From Myxococcota bacterium (GTDB taxonomy: Bacteria > Myxococcota > UBA4151), in assembly GCA_036338695.1 (NCBI GenBank), contig JAYZBQ010000076.1:32001-96000 (forward strand): a stretch of DNA of 64,000 nt. Direction: 5' to 3'. Position 1 is the first letter of the stretch. The number at the start of each line of letters is the position of its first letter. A program made the position numbers and the translations under genes. Below the pieces are notes generated by a model. The model was not told the origin of the DNA. It did no database searches and saw only the letters and a program-made list of their open reading frames with translations. Below, piece after piece: positions 57,100 to 64,000 of this stretch.

Positions 57100-58060
57100 C
57101 CAGGCTTCACTGCTCATCACAGGCGGAACGGGTAGCCTAGGGAACGCGCTGACCCGCTATCTACTCGACCACACGAATTTGCGCCGCGTGATCATCTACA
57201 GTCGCGACGAGCTCAAGCAGCATGAGATGCGCCAGCGCTTCGGCAACGACCCAAGATTACGGTTTTTTATCGGCAACGTGCGCGACTTAGATCGGCTCCG
57301 ACGCGCTTTTACAGGGGTTGATTACGTCATCCATGCGGCGGCGCTCAAGCAGGTCCCAGCCGCTGAATACAACCCTTTTGAGTGCATCAAGACCAACGTT
57401 TTGGGTGGGCAGAACGTGATCGAGGCGGCGCTCGACTGTGGCGTCAAGAAGTTGGTCGCTCTATCGACGGACAAAGCGTGCAATCCCATCAATTTGTACG
57501 GCGCGACCAAGCTGTGCTCCGATAAGCTTTTTGTCGCGGGTAACGCCTACGCAGGCGGTTCGGGCACCCAGTTTGCGGTGGTCCGCTACGGCAACGTCTC
57601 GGGCTCGCGCGGCTCGGTGGTTCCCTTGTTCAAACGATTCGCTGAGACGGGCGGCGAGGTCACCATCACCGATGAGCGGATGACGCGCTTTTGGATCACC
57701 ATCGAAACGGCGGTTCAGCTGGTGATGGACAGCTTTGAGCACATGGTCGGCGGGGAAATCTTTGTGCCCAAGATCCCCTCTATGCGGGTTGTGGATCTGG
57801 CACAGGCGCTGTGCCCTGGGCAGCCAATTCGGGTCATCGGGATTCGCCCGGGCGAGAAGCTGCACGAGGCGATGATCGGCGAAGACGACAGCCGCTCGGT
57901 GATCGATATGGGCGCCCGCTACGCGATCTTGCCGGAATTTGAGTGGTACAATGCGCGCCGGGATCGAGGCACGCCGGTGCCCGACGGGTTTAGCTACACC
58001 TCGGATCGCAACGAGGACTGGCTGACGGTCGAGCAGCTCAAGGAGTTGTCGGCGCGATGA
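57092..58060 (+). CDS. pseB: UDP-GlcNAc 4,6-dehydratase (inverting)
   Basis: Motifs TGGTGS.G, YSRDELKQ, HAAALKQVPAAEYNP, YGATKL, VRYGNV.GSRGSV. Confidence 0.93.
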   Translation: MFDQASLLITGGTGSLGNALTRYLLDHTNLRRVIIYSRDELKQHEMRQRFGNDPRLRFFIGNVRDLDRLRRAFTGVDYVIHAAALKQVPAAEYNPFECIKTNVLGGQNVIEAALDCGVKKLVALSTDKACNPINLYGATKLCSDKLFVAGNAYAGGSGTQFAVVRYGNVSGSRGSVVPLFKRFAETGGEVTITDERMTRFWITIETAVQLVMDSFEHMVGGEIFVPKIPSMRVVDLAQALCPGQPIRVIGIRPGEKLHEAMIGEDDSRSVIDMGARYAILPEFEWYNARRDRGTPVPDGFSYTSDRNEDWLTVEQLKELSAR

Positions 58061-59187
58061 TCCCTTATGGACGGCATGAGCTTAGACCCGAAGACCGCGA
58101 CGCAGTGCTGCGCGTCTTGGAGTCCGGTTGGCTGACCGGCGGACCGGCGGTGCAGGAATTTGAGGCGGCGCTGTCGAGCGTCTGCCAGGCGCCGCATGTC
58201 GTGAGTTGCTCGAACGGAACCACGGCGCTGCATCTGATCGCTGAGGCCATCGCGGCGCCCCCAGGCGCCTGGTGGATCTGTACGCCGAGCACCTTCGTCG
58301 CAAGCATTCAGGCAGGTATCTACGCAGGCTATCGCCCCGTTTTTGTCGACGCGGACCCGCAGACCGGACTGATCGATCTCGAGTCGTTGCGCGGCTTGCT
58401 CGAGGCGGCACGCGATCATCAGGCGGTGGTCGCTGCCGTGGTCGCTGTGGACCTGAACGGTCACTGCGTACCGCTCGAGGACCTCGTCGATTTGCTGGAT
58501 ATCTACGCCGTGCCCATCGTGCGAGACGCTGCGCACAGCTTGGGCGCTTTGGACGCCGGCGGGATACCGGTCGGCGGGAGCGATCGGGTGCTGGCGACGG
58601 CGCTGAGCTTTCATCCGGTCAAGCTGATCGCTGCAGCAGAGGGCGGCGCCATCGTCGGGCACGATGACGAGTTCATGGCGCGACTGCGCCACCTAAGGAG
58701 TCACGCGATGGTGCGCCAGCCTGGAACACCGAGTGATTATCGCGTCGACGCCGTCGGGTATAATTATCGCCTCTCTGACCTTCACGCCGCGCTCGGGCAG
58801 AGCCAACTGGCCAGGATCGATGAAAAGCTGGCGCGCCGGCGCGCGCTGGCGCGCCAGTATCAAACATTGCTCGCCGATGTGGACGGGGTGGAGGTCGTGT
58901 CACCATCACCTCAGACCCAGTCGGCGTGGCACCTGATGAGTGTCCTCGTCGACCCTGAGCGTCGCTGGCAGCTGATCGCTAGCTTGCGTGCGAAAGGCGT
59001 AGGCGCAGCCCATCATTACCCGGCTGCGCACCTTCAGCCGGTGTATCAAGAGTTGCTGCCAGGGTTGGAGGGTACCTGCCCTGGCGCCGAGCGTTACTGT
59101 GCGTCTCAGGTGACGTTGCCGCTCTTTGAAGAGCTGACCGAAGAACAGGTGACCGAGGTCACTGACACGCTCAAAGCGCTCCTATAA
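58057..59187 (+). CDS. pseC: DegT/DnrJ-family sugar aminotransferase (PseC-like)
   Basis: Motifs IPYGR, SNGT.ALH, DAAHSLG, SFHPVK, GYNYRL.D. Confidence 0.85.
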   Translation: MIPYGRHELRPEDRDAVLRVLESGWLTGGPAVQEFEAALSSVCQAPHVVSCSNGTTALHLIAEAIAAPPGAWWICTPSTFVASIQAGIYAGYRPVFVDADPQTGLIDLESLRGLLEAARDHQAVVAAVVAVDLNGHCVPLEDLVDLLDIYAVPIVRDAAHSLGALDAGGIPVGGSDRVLATALSFHPVKLIAAAEGGAIVGHDDEFMARLRHLRSHAMVRQPGTPSDYRVDAVGYNYRLSDLHAALGQSQLARIDEKLARRRALARQYQTLLADVDGVEVVSPSPQTQSAWHLMSVLVDPERRWQLIASLRAKGVGAAHHYPAAHLQPVYQELLPGLEGTCPGAERYCASQVTLPLFEELTEEQVTEVTDTLKALL

Positions 59188-59273
59188 GCAACGCATTCGA
59201 AACGGTAAATTCGACTTTTTAGGGTTGTAAGCGGTGCGTGCATGAGTCAATCCTTCGGGCGGAGCCTTTTGAG

Positions 59274-60155
59274 ATGAGCAACCCAGTCTTGCAAGTTGGT
59301 GATCGTGTCGTGATCGTCCCTCGCTCGGGCAGCATGGCAAGCGTGCAAATCTCAGGGCGCGTCCTCGCCGCAAAGGGGACCGACGCGGTACGCATCGCCT
59401 GGGACCTCGACGGCCGAAACCCCTTTGAAAAGGGTGACGAGTTTTTGGTGATCGGGCGCGACATGCGCCGCCGCGGCACGTTCATGAGTGGTGACGTCAG
59501 CAGCGCCAATCTGGTGCTGCGTGAAGCCGCAGGAGACGGGCGCTCGAACCGGCGCTTCGCGCGGGTCGAGAGCATGCTTAAGTTTTCGTGGCGCGGGCTG
59601 AACCCCGGTGAGGTGGAAGCGCTCGAGTTTAAAGTGCGCGACGCCGTCGGTTTACGCCAAGGCTTGAGCGCAGAGAACGTGGCCGCGCCGAAGACGCAGC
59701 TCGGCGATTACCTCGAGAAGCGCCTGAGTGTGCTTGAAGAGCTCATGAGGCGTATCCTCGAGCGGCTTGAGGTGAATGACCCCGCCAGCGCCGAGTTGAC
59801 CGAAGGGCTCTGTGATCTGAGCGGCTCAGGCATGGTGTTTCCCGTTGATCACGGGCACTATCGCGTAGCGGTGGCGTTTACGGCGATCAGCCCGGTCGAT
59901 CAGGAGTCGATCGTCCGCTACAACTTTCACGTCGAGCGCTCTCGGCGCCGGAAGGCGGTTGAGGGGGAGGGTCAGCACACCGAGTTTAGCGGTGAGATGC
60001 CGGCGTTGACGCTCGCTCAGAAAAAGGATCTGGCACTCTGCCCCGTGCAAGTGGGTGACTTTGTCGAGATCTCGCTGACGCTCCCGCTTGAGGTCCCAGC
60101 GGAGATTCGCGTGGTGGCGCGCGTCGTTCGCTTGGAATCCGGCGAACGCAGCTAA
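59274..60155 (+). CDS. PilZ-domain protein with rearranged C-terminal domain (putative c-di-GMP effector)
   Basis: RRFAR (RxxxR) and DLSGSG (DxSxxG) motifs. Confidence 0.7.
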   Translation: MSNPVLQVGDRVVIVPRSGSMASVQISGRVLAAKGTDAVRIAWDLDGRNPFEKGDEFLVIGRDMRRRGTFMSGDVSSANLVLREAAGDGRSNRRFARVESMLKFSWRGLNPGEVEALEFKVRDAVGLRQGLSAENVAAPKTQLGDYLEKRLSVLEELMRRILERLEVNDPASAELTEGLCDLSGSGMVFPVDHGHYRVAVAFTAISPVDQESIVRYNFHVERSRRRKAVEGEGQHTEFSGEMPALTLAQKKDLALCPVQVGDFVEISLTLPLEVPAEIRVVARVVRLESGERS

Positions 60156-60177
60156 CTGACCTAGAGAAGATCAGGTT

Positions 60178-60582
60178 ATGAAATTAGATCATCTGGGCAT
60201 TGCGGTGCCCAACCTAGAGGAGGCGCTCGCGTTTTGGCGTGACGCGCTCGGGCTCGAGTTGACCGACGTTGAGGTCGTTGAGTCCGAAGGCGTTCGAACC
60301 GCCTTCTTGCCGGTCGGTGACGCCAGCATCGAGCTGCTTGAGCCGATGGACGACTCAGGGGTGATCGCTCGGCATATTGAGCGGCGTGGACCGGGGATTC
60401 ATCACATCTGCATGAAGGTTGATGGTCTCGAGGGGCATCTTGACCGCTTGGATCGACAAGATGTCCGCTTGGTGGATCGCCAGCCGCGCCCAGGCGCCCA
60501 TGGTAAAAAGGTTGCTTTTATCCATCCAAAGTCTGCAGGGGGTGTCCTCGTGGAACTGGCGGAGCCTGGAGACGAGGCATGA
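60178..60582 (+). CDS. mce: Methylmalonyl-CoA epimerase
   Basis: Motifs DHLGIAV, IELLEP, GPGIHHI, AFIHPKS.GGVLVEL. Confidence 0.9.
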   Translation: MKLDHLGIAVPNLEEALAFWRDALGLELTDVEVVESEGVRTAFLPVGDASIELLEPMDDSGVIARHIERRGPGIHHICMKVDGLEGHLDRLDRQDVRLVDRQPRPGAHGKKVAFIHPKSAGGVLVELAEPGDEA

Positions 60583-62591
60583 AGCGTTTGATGATGTTGT
60601 TCGTGGCGGTCGGGGCCTCTCCCGCGGTCGCTCAAGAAGCCCAGGCGCCGGCGGAGGCTTCCGCCGAGGCGCCCGCCCAAAGCGCAGCCTCTGGAGAGGC
60701 GCCCGCCCCTGCAGAGCCCGAGGCATCTCAAGAAGAGTCGCCCAAGGAAGCGGTCGAGTCCGACGCCAAGACCCAGCCGCCAGTCGCCGTCGGTTCGGGT
60801 GTCGACGTGGAGCGCTTGAAGTCGCAGCTCAAGCTCGAGCTGCTCGAAGAGCTCTCTGCGGGGCGCAGCCAGGGCGCAGGTGTGCCGGCTGATTGGGAGG
60901 AGAAGACGCTCAAGGAAGAGATCAAGCCGGCGCTGAGGACCTTTGAGGTGAACGGCTACTTCCGGACCCGTATGGACTACATGCGCAACCTGGACCTCGG
61001 CACGGCTCAGTTCAACCGGACGCGTGGGGGCTGGGATGGCTCATCCAATGTCCCGCCGGCGCTCTTTTGGGACGGTGAAGGTGCGTCCGAGTTGTCCTCG
61101 GCGAACATGCGCTTGCGGCTCGACCCGACGCTCAACTTGAGCGAGACGGTCCAGGTCCACAGCCGAATCGATGTCTTTGACAACGTGATGCTCGGCGCCA
61201 CGCCGGATTCGTTCCCAGGGTTGATTGACAATCCGTCGTCACCGCTGTCGCTGTTCTCAGCCTCCGCGAGCGCGCCTCAGGCCGGCGTCAACGGCCCATG
61301 GAGCAGCCTTGTGGTCAAGCGAGTCTACGGCGACGTGCTGTTGCCGGTCGGGCGCCTTCGCTTCGGCCGGATGGGCTCGAACTTTGGCTTAGGGGTGCTC
61401 TCCAACGGCGGCGACGGAGACCAAGACGACGCGGGAGACAACGCGGATCGAATCATGTTCTTGACCAAGCTGAGCGGTCACATCGTGGGGCTTGGTTGGG
61501 ATTTTGCTGCCGAAGGCCCGTTTGGCGCCGGCGGGGGCAACGGCGCATCGCAGCCGTATCGAGCCGGCGAGGGTCGCCAGTTCTATGACTTGGCGCAGCG
61601 TGACGACGTGGATCAGTACGTGGCGGTCGTCGCCAAGGCGGACCGCGGCGAGGCGATGACTCGTCTCTTGGCCGAGGGCAAAACCAGCACGAATTACGGC
61701 GCCTACGTGGTGTATCGAAGCCAAGCTTATGACTTCCCGACGGAGTGGTACGGCAGCCGCTACAACGGCTCGTTCCCCGGACAGGATCCGACGCAGGATG
61801 GCGGCAACGCCCCGCGGGGCGCGCTGCGGCGTGACGCCCAGGCGACCATCGCCAGCCTCTGGTTTCGGCAGCAAAACAACCGCTATCGTGTGGAGGCTGA
61901 AGCCGTCACCATTCAGGGGATGGTCGGGTCGTTCGCAACCAAGGCGGAAGACGTCGGCAACCCAGCGGTCGAGGACATCGAGATCTCTCAGCTCGGCGCT
62001 GCGCTTGAGACTGAGTACAAGCTCGCGAAGGACAAGCTCGTTGTCGGGCTCGATGCAGGCTACGCCAGCGGCGATGACTATCCTCGGTGGGGGCTGCGGC
62101 CTGGCACGGGACAGGTTGCGGCAGGGGACCGGGAAACGGGCGACACGCGTCAGTTCGGCTGCCCGGTCGGCACCGAGACCAACACCGCCAACCCCTGCTC
62201 GGCGGCGCTCGATAAGAACATCACCAACTTCCGCTTTGATCCCTCCTACCGCGTGGATCAGATCCTGTTTCGCGAGGTCATCGGTGGGATCACCGACGCG
62301 TGGTACGTCAAGCCGCACCTCGCCTATGCGCTCAACCCAGCCTCCAAGCTCAAGGCAGCGGCGATTTATGGTCAGGCGGTTCACGCCCAGAGCACCCCGG
62401 GCGGAGAGACGCCGCTGGGGCTCGAGTTTGACCTCGGCTTGGACATCAAGCTCAAAAACCGGCTGGGCTTCGCCCTGGATTACGGCCTGCTCTTCCCCTT
62501 GGCGGGGTTGAACTACAAGGTCGCTCAAGGGAGCACCGTCGAGGCGGGCATGGCGCAGCGGGTGATGGGCACCCTGATGCTCCGCTTCTAG
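60579..62591 (+). CDS. Outer-membrane beta-barrel protein, TIGR04551-like (myxobacterial)
   Basis: Signal peptide; motifs GYFRTR, ANMRLRLDP, FGRM...GLG, NFRF.P.YRVD.ILFR; C-terminal Phe. Confidence 0.75.
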   Translation: MKRLMMLFVAVGASPAVAQEAQAPAEASAEAPAQSAASGEAPAPAEPEASQEESPKEAVESDAKTQPPVAVGSGVDVERLKSQLKLELLEELSAGRSQGAGVPADWEEKTLKEEIKPALRTFEVNGYFRTRMDYMRNLDLGTAQFNRTRGGWDGSSNVPPALFWDGEGASELSSANMRLRLDPTLNLSETVQVHSRIDVFDNVMLGATPDSFPGLIDNPSSPLSLFSASASAPQAGVNGPWSSLVVKRVYGDVLLPVGRLRFGRMGSNFGLGVLSNGGDGDQDDAGDNADRIMFLTKLSGHIVGLGWDFAAEGPFGAGGGNGASQPYRAGEGRQFYDLAQRDDVDQYVAVVAKADRGEAMTRLLAEGKTSTNYGAYVVYRSQAYDFPTEWYGSRYNGSFPGQDPTQDGGNAPRGALRRDAQATIASLWFRQQNNRYRVEAEAVTIQGMVGSFATKAEDVGNPAVEDIEISQLGAALETEYKLAKDKLVVGLDAGYASGDDYPRWGLRPGTGQVAAGDRETGDTRQFGCPVGTETNTANPCSAALDKNITNFRFDPSYRVDQILFREVIGGITDAWYVKPHLAYALNPASKLKAAAIYGQAVHAQSTPGGETPLGLEFDLGLDIKLKNRLGFALDYGLLFPLAGLNYKVAQGSTVEAGMAQRVMGTLMLRF

Positions 62592-62606
62592 TCGAGGGCG
62601 TCCTCG

Positions 62607-63992
62607 TTGAGTCAGTACAGCTGGGGTGGTCGCTTCTCGGAAGGTATGGACGCGCTGGTGGCGCGGTTCAACGCATCGGTTCGGTTTGACCAGCGACTCG
62701 CTATGCACGACCTGCGCGGCTCGCAGGCGCACGCTCGGATGCTCTGCACCCAAGGCTTGATCTCAGAGGCTGAGTTCGCCGCCATCGACGAGGGCCTGCA
62801 GACGATCAAGGGGCGCATCGAGCGCGGCGACTTCGCCTGGAGCGATGCGCTCGAAGATGTGCACATGAACATCGAGGCGGAGCTCGTCGAGACCATCGGC
62901 GCCGCCGGCAAGAAGCTCCACACCGCACGCTCGAGGAACGACCAAGTCGCAACCGATATGCGCTTGTGGGTCAACGAGGCTGGCGCCGAGTTGGTCTCGG
63001 CGCTCGTCGCCTTGCGCTCCGCCCTGATCGAGCAGGCGCGGCAGCAGCAGGATACCATCCTGCCGGGATACACCCACCTGCAGCGGGCGCAACCGGTCCG
63101 CCTTAGCCACCACCTGCTCGCACACGAAGCACACCTAGCGCGTGACACCGAGCGGATCATCGATGCGGTCAAGCGGCAGAACCTGTCGCCGCTGGGAAGC
63201 GGCGCGCTCGCCGGGACACCGCACCCGATCGATCGCCAGCAGGTCGCTGACGCGCTCGGGTTTGACGGCGTCACGGTCAACAGCCTCGACGCGGTCGGCG
63301 CACGCGATCACATGCTCGAGCTGCTCGCCGCCTGCGCCATCGCCCAGATCGGGCTCAGCCGCCTCGCCCAGGAGCTGGTGCTTTGGTCGAGCCAGGAGTT
63401 TGCGTTCTGTACGCTCTCGGATGCGTACTGCACCGGCTCCTCGATGATGCCGCAGAAGAAAAACCCCGACATGCCGGAGCTGGTGCGCGGGAAGGCGGGG
63501 CGCGTGCTCGGTGATTTCGTGACGCTCGCGACCGTGGTCAAGGGGTTGCCCTTAGCCTATAACAAGGACCTCCAAGAGGACAAAGAGCCGCTCTTTGACG
63601 CGGTCGATACTCTGCGCGATTGCGCCACCGTGATGACCGGTACGATTGCCACCGCAGTGTTTCACGCTGACACCATGGAGCAGGCGCTGCGTGAGGGCTT
63701 TGTCGAGGCGACGGAGCTAGCCGATGTTCTGGTTGAGCAGGGGGTCGCCTTTCGTGAGGCGCATCATCGCGTCGGCGACTTGGTCGGTGAGCTCGCCAGC
63801 GCCGGGCAGCGACTGATCGATGCGAGCGATGAGCAGCTCGAGCGGCACCTGAAGATCACCTCAACCTTGGTCCGAGGCCGGCTCGACCTCGACGCGATGA
63901 TCGAGCGTCGTCAGCAGCCGGGTAGCCCGGCGCGCCGGTTTGTTCTTGAGGCGATCGAGGCCGCGGGTAAGCGGCTGGATACGCTGTCGTGA
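62607..63992 (+). CDS. argH: Argininosuccinate lyase
   Basis: Motifs WGGRF, HTARSRNDQ, GYTHLQ.AQP, GSSMMPQKKNPD. Confidence 0.97.
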   Translation: MSQYSWGGRFSEGMDALVARFNASVRFDQRLAMHDLRGSQAHARMLCTQGLISEAEFAAIDEGLQTIKGRIERGDFAWSDALEDVHMNIEAELVETIGAAGKKLHTARSRNDQVATDMRLWVNEAGAELVSALVALRSALIEQARQQQDTILPGYTHLQRAQPVRLSHHLLAHEAHLARDTERIIDAVKRQNLSPLGSGALAGTPHPIDRQQVADALGFDGVTVNSLDAVGARDHMLELLAACAIAQIGLSRLAQELVLWSSQEFAFCTLSDAYCTGSSMMPQKKNPDMPELVRGKAGRVLGDFVTLATVVKGLPLAYNKDLQEDKEPLFDAVDTLRDCATVMTGTIATAVFHADTMEQALREGFVEATELADVLVEQGVAFREAHHRVGDLVGELASAGQRLIDASDEQLERHLKITSTLVRGRLDLDAMIERRQQPGSPARRFVLEAIEAAGKRLDTLS

Positions 63993-64000
63993 GGTGGCTC

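Noticed and set aside
1..64000. CRISPR arrays, tRNA/rRNA, IS elements, prophage or defence genes
   Set aside because: No regularly spaced repeats, cloverleaf motifs, transposase or integrase motifs were recognised.

Overview
GC-rich chromosomal window, most likely from a Myxococcota or related deltaproteobacterial lineage. This placement is inferred from Cys-rich DAG-linker lipoproteins, a TIGR04551-like outer-membrane protein and the kdsB-pyrG-kdsA...lptB-rpoN-hpf-ptsN-hprK-rapZ-PTS gene order. Bases 1-25 kb hold housekeeping and envelope genes (argC, KamA-family radical SAM, NUDIX-MBL fusion, Kdo/Lpt, sigma54, regulatory PTS, rsfS, HU). Bases 25-60 kb hold a large co-directional flagellar cluster: motA, two motB-like genes, fliLMNOPQR, flhBAFG, fliA, fliJ, flgFGAHIJ, flgMNKL, csrA, fliW, four short flagellins, fliD, fliS, flaG, a fliT-like gene, maf, pseB, pseC and a PilZ gene. 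mce, the TIGR04551-like gene and argH follow. No rRNA, tRNA, CRISPR or mobile element was recognised. The most notable signals are: (1) two MotB paralogues with complementary defects, one lacking the ion-binding Asp and the other lacking the peptidoglycan-binding motif, suggesting a heterodimeric stator; (2) a PilZ domain whose segments appear internally rearranged; (3) a GGA-loop hairpin plus SD architecture before every flagellin, with an orphan copy of that leader after fliS; (4) apparent use of three sigma factors, including a sigma70-like promoter before one flagellin. All calls come from visual motif recognition; no database searches were run.
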